The notes under the pieces: generated by a model
What the model was told of the DNA's origin: nothing
Databases searched by the model: none
What the model saw: only the letters and a program-made list of their open reading frames with translations
Position numbers and translations under genes: made by a program
NCBI GenBank assembly: GCA_976551045.1
Contig: CDPCPM010000571.1
Span: 1 to 64,000 of the forward strand
From: Glaucostegus cemiculus
Taxonomy: Eukaryota
Reading direction: 5' to 3'
DNA length: 64,000 nucleotides
Shown here: in pieces, positions 48,401 through 58,400 of the stretch
Position numbering within the stretch: the first letter of the stretch is position 1
Layout of the letters: each line of letters begins with the position of its first letter

Positions 48401-51400
48401 ACCAGGAGGGCGATAGCCCGACATTATTGTGCCAGACTCTGATATGGGTAAGCTCCCCTAGATCGACCTTGGCGGTGAGCAGGAAGGTGTCCACGCTCTT
48501 TCTGCAGAAAGTCTGATGCTCCGGATGATGGAGGAGGTAAGCATCACTCTCAGCAGACGTGCCGACCAGAGTCAGAAAGATATCTGCAGTTGTCCCAGCA
48601 TCAGGTCGGCCCCCTGTATAAAAGGTCACTAAGTAACAAGCAGCATCACAGGGGTCATTGTCAGGAAGAATGATGATCTCTTTCTTGTCTCTCTTGCGTT
48701 TTCTCCACGCCCAGCAAACCAGAACGAAGTAGATGAAGAAAATGACCAAGACTGTAATTAGTGTCACTAGATTCTTTGGCAAGGTGACAATTAATTCTCC
48801 AATTTCATACAGATCGATGACATTGGGCAAGACCAAGATACTGGCAGCCAGGAACCAGGGAAACTTCAGGCTCAGGTCCCTCTTGGTTTTGTTACTGTAG
48901 ACATCTGTGCAGATACAGTGCACTTTCTTGCTGTTTGTGAGAGGGCCTGCTGTGCATGAGGAGAAATCCCAGCTATCAGCCTTTCCTTGGAAAGACAGAC
49001 AACTCACAGTGAAAATTGAGACCAAAAGCCCCATCTTAATGACTTCTCGAGGCTTTGGGGACTTTGCCTCAACAGCAATGGTGATGAATCTGCTGCGTTT
49101 TGGATCAGTTACATTTTTCTGGAACAAGCCTGTCAGGATGCTGATGACGTAAGGGTCTGGTACGTGGATACCTTTGCGTAGAGCCGGGCCTGAAGCACAC
49201 TGCGGAATAGTATGTTTCTGAGCTGGAAGCTGGTCAGCAGATGCCTTCCCTGAGTAAATGCTGACTGTGAAGACAGCACTCAAGTCCGCAGTTAACTGGA
49301 GGAAGACTTCTTGAGCTGAGGTGGAGTTCAAGTCAATCCTGAACTGCCCTCTGATCACACCGATTTGCTTGGGATCTTTGGTCAATTTAATTCTTTGGGC
49401 AGACACAACGTCCTTTCTGACCAAAAGTATCTCTATCTGTTTGGCCTCCACGTTGTACACATTTCCATTGCTATCCAGAGTGGACATGTGGAAGGCAGTC
49501 ACGTCGGTAGCAATGTCAGCCGCATTCCCAAGCCACGGCAGAGGATTCTTTTCAAACCTATAAAGTACAGAGGACACTGGCTGTGTATCACTCATGACAG
49601 TTCCTGTCATCACTGGGTAAATGCAGTCGGCACAATCCAGATCAGAGAGATATGAATCCTCAATGTTGCGTTTCTCAACTTTCTTCACAGTTATTTCCCA
49701 TTGCCTAGTCGTCATAGTTGTATCTTTTTGACCCGGGACTTTGCTGTGAGACACCGCTTCTGTCAAAGTCCTTAGGGTAGGGAATATATCAGCCACGACT
49801 TGCTGCTGGTTTTTGGTTAGAGGGATGCCTGTCACCGAGCCTTGAGCTGGGAACTGGAAGGAAAAGGCAGCCAGCACATTGGAGGCCGCGGTCAGGATAC
49901 TGCAGGACAACTGCTCGGCACTTTCAGACAGAATCACTGCTTCATTTGTATAGTTCAGAAGAACCAAAGAAAGTTCTAACAGATTTGCGGCAGCAAGGCG
50001 CTGGGCATGTTGACTGAACTCATCCTCCTTTTGAGCTGCTGCATAGATTGAAGCGGATATTTGATAGATAAGGTTGGGAGATGTAACTGGAATACTGGCA
50101 GAGACATTGACAAGAGTTTCACGGAGCTTAATGACCTTGGCCTTATCCTTAAAGGTGTTATAGTTCAGCATGGAAGCAACCCCGTAGAGCAGTTGGCTTG
50201 CTTTCAGGTAATCTGTTTCATGAAGTAAAGTTGTCAAAGCTGCCTTCTTTCCTTCCACAAAGCCAAACAGCTGATCCACCTTGGAGCCCTTATCAGGATC
50301 AAATGGGAGATCATACACTCTGACCTTAAGGTAAAGTCTTGCATAGACACCCTGGCTATCGAATATTTGGACAGCAATAATCAAGATGTGCTGGCCTAAG
50401 ATGCTCCCCACTGGAAGGTAGAAGGGTGTAGACTTGGGCCTGTATCCAAAATATACAATTGTACCAAGAAGGTTGTTCTTTAGGCTATCTATATAGCCAG
50501 TCGGGTAGTATGTTTTTGCAATCACCTTGTAACGGAAAGGTCGATCTTTGTCCTGGAATTTCAGACACGTCAAGGTAAATTTAGTATGAAGGGCCCATCC
50601 GTACTTTGGGGTGATGACACAGCGTCCATCCATTGGGGGAGAGTTGATGTAAAAATCGTACCTGTTGAGACTTTGGGAACCAGTGGATGTGGTGGCATTC
50701 AGTTCAAAAGTATACCACTCATCAATCAAGTGTACAAATGACAGGGGATTCAATGACACGTAAGACATGGAGTTTCCTGTGAGACTTTCTAATGACCAGT
50801 CGAACTTTACTTCAGAACCCGAGTCCCTCAATAGCAGTTTCCATTGGTACGTCATCCGACTGGAATCTGGGCAGTTGGAGCAAACTCCAGCCAAGATGAA
50901 ACGATCTGTTGGTAATAGGAACCTCTGGCAATTCTCAATGCAAGTTATCAACATCTTTGGCACAAAGCTGGGGAGAACTGTGATGGTTTGGTCAAAGTAA
51001 CTGGTCCTTGTGTTTTTCTGAACTACCACTCGGAAGTAGAAGTTCTTATTCAGGGCCAGCATGTGGGGAAGGATGACCAAGGTCTGGGGTACAGAGGAGC
51101 TCCACTTAAGTTCAGGGTTCCCAGCATGACAGTATTGGTTGACAGAGAGAGTCATGGTGCTGTAGTCTGAGAATTTTGTTGTACAGTACCAAGAAAAGTT
51201 CAGTCCAAGGTGCGGATGGGGTGAGTCAGGGTCATTACTCAGGGAGGCATTCAGTGTGAGGGTGTCCTCCAAACCCACCATCCTATAGGAACCCCCAGTG
51301 ATCAGTGCGACCAGTGCACTTTCAGTTACCTCGACGGTGGCCTGAGCTGAGTTGTTAATGTGTGGCAGGTCAGGATCTGTAGTGGAAACAGTCACGTTGA

Positions 51401-53243
51401 GGATGAAGTGATAGAATCGATAATCTAGTGTGAACCTGGGGATGTGCAGGGTGACAGTGCTAGTGCGTACGCTGGGTGGGAGTGGCACACTATGAGCCCA
51501 GTCTGGCTCTGAATCCTTGCCCGCCACAGCATAGACCTTCCAGGAAATGGTCACTGATTGAATTCTATCACAGCGTAAGCCAGCATTTCCATAAACATTT
51601 AGGGCAGCGCCCTTCATGGTCTGGATAATGGTGCCGGGAGGAGGTGGAGACTGTATGGTGGGTGAGGGCAACTGGCAGTGTGCCAGGGAGCAGAACAGAA
51701 CCGAGTCTGAGGGGGCTGTGCTGTAACTACCAACCCTCGCCTGCATACTGATCAGCTTATCCCCAGGTGCTGAGCAATTCACCTTGGCCAAGAAGCCCCA
51801 GTATTGCTTGGGGTCAAAGGACAGCTTGGTGTCCGGGATATAGCGCTGCGCGTCCGTAACCACCCGGTCATAACCGTGCCAGCTGACCTCGGCACCCACG
51901 GTCAGTCTGAAGTCCCAGGCACACTGCAGGGCAGGGTGCTGGCGGGGGAGGAACCAGACCACGTTAGCCAAGTCACCCACAGTAGTGGAACCACTGTTAA
52001 ACAGGGAGAGGCTGACGTTCAGATCCCTCAGGGAACTGTAGATGGCCCCTGTTAGGTTCAGGTAGAGCTGCACGGTGAGGGTGTACTGCCCGGGGCTGCT
52101 GTAGTCTATCAGGAAGAGGTGGCTGATCTCGGCAGCCCCGATGAAGAAGAAGTGCCTGCGGCTGCCAGGAGGCCCGTCCGCCCGGGAGTAGTACAGCCGA
52201 CTGCTGGGGCTGATGTAGTAGAAGGCGGTGCCGGGGGTTCCGGGGTCAGGCTGCAGCCAGATGCGAGCGCCGCCCTGCACCAGGCTCAGGGCCCCGTCCT
52301 GCAGGGTGACGGTGACGGTCCCGAGGCCGGCGGTGCCGCCGCCGCCCGCCAGCAAGAGGAGCCGCGCCAGGCAGTGGCCGTGGCCGGGCCAGGCGCAGGG
52401 GCAGAGGCGGGCGGCCACGGCTTTCGGGTGGTAGGTCAGGCTCCAGGCGGCGGGGTGGGGCGGCCGGGCGGCCAGCTGGTAGGAGAGGACGCCGGCCTCG
52501 GCCGACAGGCGCCAGGACACGGCGAGGGTGCGGCCCCGGGGCAGGGCGGCGGCCCGGGCGCTCAGCAGGTGCATCAGCGCCGGCCGCACCTGCAGGGAGA
52601 GGTGGAGGGGGGAAGCGGGGGCGCCCAGCGTCTCCAGGCCGCAGGAGTAGTTGCCGGGCCGCGGGTAGCGCACCCGGACCCGGTACAGGTAGCGGCCGGC
52701 GCACTCGGCGCCGCCGGGCCCGGGCTCCGGGCTGTCACCGGGCAGGCTGGCGGAGCTGGGCGAGGCCCCGGCGCAGCTCAGGCGGTAGCTCCAGAAGGCG
52801 CTGCGCAGGTTGGCGCACCAGGCCAGCGGCACGGCCTGGCCGGGCAGCGGGGCGGCCGGCGGCCCGAACAGCAGCAGCCGCAGCGGGGCGGCGTGGAGCT
52901 GCAGCGGCCGGTAGCTGCAGGCGGGGCAGGAGGCCGAGGTGTAGCGCAGCAGCACGGGCGTGTCCAGCGGCACCCGGACCAGGCTCTGGCGGCCCGACCA
53001 GCGGCGGGAGGAGGCGGCCAGGCGCTGTCCGATGAACCAGCGGAGGGTGGGCGCGGCGCCGCTGGTGTCGGTGCCCGGGCTCGGCTCGAAGGCCACGTCC
53101 AGCGAGGGCTGCCACAGGCAGGTGTAGCGCTCGGCCGTGTCCAGCATGTGGCTCACCCCGAAGGGGCAGCGCAGCACGACGGGCGGGAGGAGCGGGGCGG
53201 CGCGCCCCGCCGCGGCCCACAGCAGCAGCCCGACCGTTAGCAT
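45492..53243 (-). CDS. pkdrej: PKDREJ-like polycystin (receptor for egg jelly-related), single exon, 2583 aa
   Basis: Uninterrupted 7.75-kb ORF. The first ATG at 53243 (gcgATG) gives a signal peptide MLTVGLLLWAAAGRAAP. REJ module (LNASLSNDPD...FSWYC, NSPPMDGRCVITP), GPS-like region (SWDFSSCTAGP...HCIC), TM1, PLAT/LH2 domain (YLVTFYTGGRPDAGTTA...WHNNVGLSPSWYL), SRIQRLSCC, polycystin LGLPRMRQIR motif and a C-terminal 6-TM channel. A single coding exon is characteristic of PKDREJ among PKD1-family genes. Confidence 0.92.
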   Translation of the reverse strand: MLTVGLLLWAAAGRAAPLLPPVVLRCPFGVSHMLDTAERYTCLWQPSLDVAFEPSPGTDTSGAAPTLRWFIGQRLAASSRRWSGRQSLVRVPLDTPVLLRYTSASCPACSYRPLQLHAAPLRLLLFGPPAAPLPGQAVPLAWCANLRSAFWSYRLSCAGASPSSASLPGDSPEPGPGGAECAGRYLYRVRVRYPRPGNYSCGLETLGAPASPLHLSLQVRPALMHLLSARAAALPRGRTLAVSWRLSAEAGVLSYQLAARPPHPAAWSLTYHPKAVAARLCPCAWPGHGHCLARLLLLAGGGGTAGLGTVTVTLQDGALSLVQGGARIWLQPDPGTPGTAFYYISPSSRLYYSRADGPPGSRRHFFFIGAAEISHLFLIDYSSPGQYTLTVQLYLNLTGAIYSSLRDLNVSLSLFNSGSTTVGDLANVVWFLPRQHPALQCAWDFRLTVGAEVSWHGYDRVVTDAQRYIPDTKLSFDPKQYWGFLAKVNCSAPGDKLISMQARVGSYSTAPSDSVLFCSLAHCQLPSPTIQSPPPPGTIIQTMKGAALNVYGNAGLRCDRIQSVTISWKVYAVAGKDSEPDWAHSVPLPPSVRTSTVTLHIPRFTLDYRFYHFILNVTVSTTDPDLPHINNSAQATVEVTESALVALITGGSYRMVGLEDTLTLNASLSNDPDSPHPHLGLNFSWYCTTKFSDYSTMTLSVNQYCHAGNPELKWSSSVPQTLVILPHMLALNKNFYFRVVVQKNTRTSYFDQTITVLPSFVPKMLITCIENCQRFLLPTDRFILAGVCSNCPDSSRMTYQWKLLLRDSGSEVKFDWSLESLTGNSMSYVSLNPLSFVHLIDEWYTFELNATTSTGSQSLNRYDFYINSPPMDGRCVITPKYGWALHTKFTLTCLKFQDKDRPFRYKVIAKTYYPTGYIDSLKNNLLGTIVYFGYRPKSTPFYLPVGSILGQHILIIAVQIFDSQGVYARLYLKVRVYDLPFDPDKGSKVDQLFGFVEGKKAALTTLLHETDYLKASQLLYGVASMLNYNTFKDKAKVIKLRETLVNVSASIPVTSPNLIYQISASIYAAAQKEDEFSQHAQRLAAANLLELSLVLLNYTNEAVILSESAEQLSCSILTAASNVLAAFSFQFPAQGSVTGIPLTKNQQQVVADIFPTLRTLTEAVSHSKVPGQKDTTMTTRQWEITVKKVEKRNIEDSYLSDLDCADCIYPVMTGTVMSDTQPVSSVLYRFEKNPLPWLGNAADIATDVTAFHMSTLDSNGNVYNVEAKQIEILLVRKDVVSAQRIKLTKDPKQIGVIRGQFRIDLNSTSAQEVFLQLTADLSAVFTVSIYSGKASADQLPAQKHTIPQCASGPALRKGIHVPDPYVISILTGLFQKNVTDPKRSRFITIAVEAKSPKPREVIKMGLLVSIFTVSCLSFQGKADSWDFSSCTAGPLTNSKKVHCICTDVYSNKTKRDLSLKFPWFLAASILVLPNVIDLYEIGELIVTLPKNLVTLITVLVIFFIYFVLVCWAWRKRKRDKKEIIILPDNDPCDAACYLVTFYTGGRPDAGTTADIFLTLVGTSAESDAYLLHHPEHQTFCRKSVDTFLLTAKVDLGELTHIRVWHNNVGLSPSWYLSRVKVQNVFTRQQWHFFCRTWLATTKGVSVLLGTFPVTSVGILLRRRDVFFIEVSSRMDKEHLWFSVFALDVDQSFSRIQRLSCCLAMLLCSLLTGIMLFQFEEQEEFWLKVRTSLVIAVESALVMVPVELLISGLFLYAQRKGESLSVKEDQEVDGNSIENFNLKSNLRERLKHWYSMDKPVSEVEESPNKVVDMPKDDHYSHLSFIAGEENIHKPSAKEKNNCIIPQSAADQITKEEEVGGLIGRKKKATTKVKPMAWPRQIRPARQKRWKGRFRQSSKSKHPRKKPSVLLSRCLLYLAWCIIWLVSIVSAVFIVLYGLSYGLQTSWLWLVTSVFSFLQSIFILQPLKIMAFAALFALSRRRAQDMDWSTGIQVLEVSANDLPKNDSDCLQLEPRVRKQYRPLEGDELILAKKKGIIKSRAFELCMRMLLHLVFLGLLLYSVCFTDYSNGYYYNRIIQQEFSKNLDRVNTVREFYTWLKITFLPLIHDDSNLSFLNGTNTVILGLPRMRQIRSKQGSVDCFLKPNAVSTVLGKLRCRPLFNNNQEDTKNYNGSWNLAIESISVTGPLDYTGWLYEANDSPWFYNTHGVYRDYSLGGYSIYFSSSNLQNSIVRLLTLQNSNWIDGSTWVVVIETTMYNANVDLLCSISLILETAPLGVVSKKLSVKSFSLRLFKRREVNWIFISILFMLFFLVFAIQECRTMRRKGYTYLQKLESIANLIIAVLLLMAIVLHLAKFLLAHSMLKLYKKNPTSFVAFHVISALDQLLRINVAFLLFVTIVKLLRYTRFLYHVRLVQKAISVGFPAICSLALLMAMCSLIFMSVGHLLFGQFDKNFNTMIHAAQTVVSYYTGEFNNTDFPYSRVIGGIYLVTFLFIMNCILINLFDSVVILSYGDMRQFVHEKPAEEAEVAIFIMQECRRVWYALLRKTPPEGDNEVLTTLFYGRGFKRAYGLKRKKLNGKKQNYLFI

Positions 53244-53460
53244 CGCCCGGGGACCCGCCGCCCGTTGCAGTTTGAAGAGCCCGCCAAATCCGGCCCGGCC
53301 TGACGTCACGCCCCGCCCCGGAGCGCGCGCCCCGCGACGTCACGCCCCACCCCGGAGCGCGCGCCCCGCGACGTCACGCCCCACCCCGGAGCGCGCGCCC
53401 CGCGACGTCACGCCCCTCCCCGGAGCGCGCGCCCCGCGACGTCACGCTCACCACGCGTGA
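52100..53460. promoter_or_regulatory. CpG island covering the PKDREJ promoter and the 5' part of the CDS
   Basis: Sharp shift to very GC- and CpG-rich sequence compared with the AT-richer rest of the ORF and the flanks. Confidence 0.85.
53301..53447. repeat. 34-bp tandem repeat (4 full units plus a partial one) in the PKDREJ proximal promoter; each unit has a CRE-like site and a GC/GT box
   Basis: Unit GACGTCACGCCCC(G/A/T)CCCCGGAGCGCGCGCCCCGC starts at 53302, 53336, 53370, 53404 and 53438 (partial). Perfect TGACGTCA at 53301-53308. Confidence 0.92.
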
Positions 53461-53924
53461 GGACAAGGCTGCAGATTCCCTTCACCTAATGTGTCCTTCG
53501 CCGTCGATGGGTCTAAATCCCGGGTCTCCCTCCCCAGCAGCACGACGGGAGAACCTTTAGTCGAGGGACCACCGTGGGTTCAAGTGGCAGTTGCCGACGT
53601 GGATGAGTGGCAGAGTGGATGAACGAATGTGGTGGAGGAATCTGGCATGTTGTCTGAGGTGCCACTAGGCTGCTCGACTGCCCTGTGGGACAGCTCCCCA
53701 GCTTCAACACCAGTTCTCAGGTCTGCAATGTTGCAAACTTTCCGGAATCCAGTTCTCCAAGTTGCAGAAAAGTATGCAAGTGGTCTTTCCCCCTGTAGTA
53801 AGTCCCATGTAATTCTATCTAATTGCTTTAATTTAACTACAATAGTGATGTTCACTGTCACTATTATCCTTCCCCTTCTAATGCACGTTGCCACTCAAGC
53901 AAGTGGCTCCTGTTGGATAAGATA

Positions 53925-54580
53925 ACATAGAACACTACAGCACAGTACTGGCCCTTTGGCCCATGATGTTGTGCCAACATTTTATCCTGCTCTAAGATCT
54001 ATCTAACCCTTCCCTCCCACATAGCCCTCCATTTCTCTATCATTCATGTGTCGATCTAAGAGTCTCTTAAATGTCCCTAATGTATTTCCCCCCACAATCT
54101 CTGCCAGCAGTGCGTTCCACACACCCATCACTCTCTGTGTAAAGAACTTACCCTGACATACCCCTTATACCTTCCTCCAATCACCTTAAAATGATGTCCC
54201 CTCATGTTAGCCATTGTTGCCCTGGGAAAAAGTCTCTGACTGTCCACTTGATCTATGCCTCTTATCATCTTCTACACCTCTGTCGTCACCTCTCATCCTC
54301 CTTCTCTCCGAAGAGAAAAGCCTGAGCTCACTCAACCTATCCTCATCCAGGGAACATCCTCGTAAATCTCCTCTGCACCCTCTCTAAAGCTTCCACATCC
54401 TATAATGAGGTGACCAGAAATGGACACAATACTCCAAGTGTGGTCTAACTAGAGTTCTGTAGAGCTGCAACATCACCTCATGGCTCTTGAACTCAGTACC
54501 CTGACTAATGAAGCCCAACACTCCATATGCCTTCTTAACAACCCTATTGACCTGCGTGGCGACCTTGAAGGATCCATGGA
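53925..54580 (-). mobile_element. CR1 3' fragment
   Basis: Starts aacatagaacactacagcacagtactggccctttggccc (reverse-complement tail); similar to 38600-39297. Confidence 0.88.
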
Positions 54581-54600
54581 CTTGGATCTATGGACTAATA

Positions 54601-54885
54601 TATGACTATCTTTAATAGTCACATGTACATTGAAGTACACAGTGAAATGCATCTTTTGTGTTGCGTGTTCTTGGGGACAGCCCGCAAGTGTCACCACACT
54701 TCCGGCACCAACAACTTCCTAACCCGTATGTCTTTGAAATGTGGGAGGAAACTGGAGCACCCAGAGGAAACCCACGCAGGCACACGGGAGAACGTACAAA
54801 CTCCTTACAGACAGTGGCAGGAATTGAACCTGGGTTGCTGGCACTGTAAAGCGTTACACTAACCACTAAACTACCGTGCCTGCCC
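54601..54885 (-). mobile_element. V-core tRNA-SINE with Rex-like tail
   Basis: Reverse complement gggcaggcacggtagtttagtggttag...ggttcaattcc followed by the V core; tail gcatttcactgtgtacttcaatgtacatgtgactattaaa. Confidence 0.88.
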
Positions 54886-55229
54886 AATAAGTTACCAGAA
54901 CATTCATATGAACTACAAAATGATTTTCTTTGCTGACAATGAAAGGAAAGTTCGGTGTCTCAGTGAGGTGGAACATTCATTACTCACTAACCTGTGCCAG
55001 CTATGAGCCTTGTTGCCCAGATGGGAGCTTCACAGGATATAAAGACATACTCTACAATGTAACGTACAAAGGCCAGTGTTATGATTGCAGCCCCTCCTGG
55101 CCTGCTCAACAGTAGGGAAACTGAGGGTTAATAAGAATCTATGTTTCACTAAGTGAGCTGCCTGCTGTGCAGTTGAGTACCAGACACCAATCTTCCCCAG
55201 TTCTTCACGGCATATGAAACCTTCCCCAT

Positions 55230-55480
55230 GAAGCCATCTTCAGAAAGGTCCAAAGTGCTTCCCAACCAATTAAACACTTTTGTAATGAAATGTCAGATCA
55301 TCTGTTGGTTGAGGGATAAAGGAAACCCTCCTACTCTTTGTTGGAAATTACGTTGTCTTTTATGACTTCTTGACAGGGTGGAGTTAGTTATCACCTCGTT
55401 ATTGATTACACATTCCCTCAGTACTGGAATAGCAGGTGGTGGGATTTAAACCCATAACATTTGGACTCAGAGGTGTGACT
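55230..55480 (-). mobile_element. Degenerate Deu-domain SINE (SacSINE1/AmnSINE-like)
   Basis: tgttggttgagggataaa...ctcctactctt, cattccctcagtactg and gtgggatttaaacccataacatttggactcagagg resemble the reverse complement of the Deu core and tRNA head as recalled. Confidence 0.55.
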
Positions 55481-58400
55481 GATCATGCATGCATCCATGG
55501 CCAGTTTAACCAGCAGTATCTCAGCAGAGCATAAAACTGTGCAATCAAGGATCCCGTCAGAGTTATAGAGGCCAGTCCAGAATGGCCCTGTGGAAATTAC
55601 CAGCATACATCAGTGAGGAAGGGTCAAGGCCTGTGGTGAATGACCCCAACACTGAATTAAGTTACAAAGAGTATAGTCGTAAAGAATTTGGGTTTTAGGA
55701 ATCTGTCTCCCTCATTTAGCCCCTCAGAGTCATAAATGTCTTGCTTGCACTCCAATTCTGTGCTTTCTGAGATGGCTGCTGAGTCCAATGCAGGTCTCAC
55801 AGACTATTCCTTAAATGGGGCAGGGAGTGCTTTGAAGGATGGGTGGGTGTCCAGTATAGAAGGTCTGCTTTTTAGAAACCAGTGGGTTTGAGAGGCACAA
55901 CTGAGGAAATGAAGTATCCCCACTTTCACAGAAATACCCCGTAACAGAGGAAAATGAAGTTGATAGCGAAATGAAACTTACTTATCTTACAAGTGAGAGA
56001 ATTTGCTTTGGTTTGTAGCCACAATTCTGAAATAATGACAGATTGTTTGGGAGCTCTGCAGCTACTGTTTGAGTCCCTGTTCATGTTAGTGTGGGATAAT
56101 TTTTGTTTTATGTAATGTTTTAGAAACTCCAGCCTGGCACCTATAGCCAACACGATGCTGATGCACAGACTGGGGAGAGAGAGGGATAAACCTGAAGATG
56201 GATAAATCCCTGACTAAATCACACAGCCAACAACCAGGAGAGAGGAGCGGTTGATCTACCAAAGGTAGAGACTTTGGATATATGGAACAGACTACTCAGG
56301 GAGGGATATGTAAAGAGACCTCTGACCTCATTAAGTAATCACTCTTGCAGGGGTCAGTGAAACCTCATTGTTCCAGGGAATCCTTTCATGTGTCTCTGTG
56401 AAAGCAGCAAGCGTAACAAATTATAAAATGCTTGTGTTTCTGGGTTTTATATAGTGGCTTTATTTTACATTTAATTTTTCTTCACTACAAATCTCAACTG
56501 CGCTTCCAGTGAAAGAGGAATCGATTCAGGCTCTCAGTGGGTGGGTCCAGTCGTTTAGAGTAGCTCTCATTTTAGTGAGTGGTGTGAGATTTTTCAGGAG
56601 ATGGTTGTGTTGTTTGACATTTATTTAAAAACTTCACTGTGTGCACAATGATCTCGGGAAGTGCTTCACCTCCACTCCAGGCTCTCAAAATACATGATGG
56701 AGATTGTGCAGAGTTTTGAGTTAACTGGGAAGAATTGTGCTGTGGCAATGAAGCTGGAGCAAGCCCAGCTGACCGTACATGTACCTTGACAGGGTGGAAG
56801 CACGTGATGTTTATTCCACTTGGTCAGACTGGCTCTGGAGATGGGAATAAATTTTGGATGGTCCCTGTGTTGTAACCTCCTGAGTGTGGTCAGTTGTGAG
56901 AAAGTACTTTCTTCAAGAGGTAAAAACAGAAGTTAAGAGGCTGTTTGAACTAAACCTGCTGCACTAAGGTTGTCCCTCGAGGTACTGGATGAATTGCTTC
57001 CATTCCAGTTCTGAGAAGAGGAAGTTGCCTGGGTGTGTAATTTTTGAGTGGCCTGACTGTTACACACTAGCCAGCCCGTGGACGAGAAGGTGAGGCCTCA
57101 GTCCAGTAGTCGGGAGGATCGAGACAACTGGAGACAAATCTCTTTAGCACAGACGTACCACCTAATTTCCCCCACACTCCTTTCCTTAGCCCCTTCCGCT
57201 GCACTTCCCCACTCTGATCCCCTCTGTCCTCGTGTCTGCCTCCTCAATCTCCCCTCTCCAGTGCTTCTCTTCCTCATTTTCCTTCCTGCACTGCCCCGTT
57301 GGTTCCTGCTTCCCAGCTCCTGCTCCTTCTCCAGCTGCTGGCCTCCTGTTCTGTCCAGGAGCAAAGCCATTAACCAACTGCTGCTGCCTTCCCTCTCCAG
57401 GACCATTCACCCCCTCCACTGTCACCCCCTCCAGTCCCAACAGTCATTTGCCTGCAGCCCAGCTCAGACCTCCTTGTAGTAAATCTTGGAATAATCTATA
57501 GCTACCCACCTAGAGATGTCTGTGGTTGGGAGATTGCCATCTCCTGGTGCTCTGTGTCCAGATTTCTGGGTCACTGTACATGATTTCCTGGCTGACAGAG
57601 GCAGATTCATCCTATAGGGACAGGCCACTGAATTGTATGACCGGTGTAGACTTACAGAAGGCTGGAGTCTCGTGAAATTATGGTGGAAGTAATTATCAGA
57701 GTGGACTTGTGTTTGGAATTGCAGCTAACCTTAGAGGAAATAATGAGATATGTCATTTAAAAGAAAGACTAGTGTTTCAACACAAAGCAATTGAATGCAG
57801 GATGTACACTGAAGGAAATCTGCAAGACTGACAGGAAAAACCTGCAAGCTAGGGATAAAGAAAATCCAGGGACCTGAGAGTATTGCAACAAGTTCCACAA
57901 GAAAGAACTGTGTCCAGCTTCTGGCAAAATATATCACATATGGAATGAACAAGGAAATGCCTTGTAAAAGAATCATTTGTGTAAACTGACCTTCAGAACA
58001 ACTGATGTGGAAGCAGGAAGAACACTTTTTGTTGTCAGTGAGGTGGGAACTTTTGCTTTGGATGATAAGGAGAATGTTATACTCAAAAGTATGGTAACTA
58101 CCTGAAACTTCAAATAAATACAGAGCCCAATTTAATGAAATTCTGTTTCATGTATGCATGAATACAGCTAAAAAAATTCAACGTGCAAAGGTGGAACCAT
58201 GTAAGTCCGATTAAAGTTTATGGTGGAGCTAGTCTTTCTAACAGCACAGTGACTCTAAACGTAAGCTGACCTGTGGATAGCATGACTGTAGGATATCTCT
58301 GGGCATAAAAGCATGTTTGAGCATGGACATTATCAACTATAATCATAAGGATGCACTCAATAGTTGTCTCCCTGAGCTTTACTTAGGTTCTTTATCTTAA

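Noticed and set aside
52119-53240. 373-aa + strand ORF and other ORFs overlapping the PKDREJ 5' end
   Set aside because: These are shadow ORFs caused by extreme GC content, with no recognisable domain.
53244-53309. Upstream extension of the PKDREJ ORF in the track (MTSGRAG..., 2605 aa)
   Set aside because: It starts at a GTG inside the promoter repeat. The first ATG (53243) has good context and directly gives a signal peptide.
57997-58093. Possible + strand exon (TTDVEAGRTLFVVSEVGTFALDDKENVILK) and another at about 55932-55992
   Set aside because: Weak polypyrimidine tract, incompatible phases between the two, and no recognisable protein. BLASTX or RNA-seq would be needed to support them.
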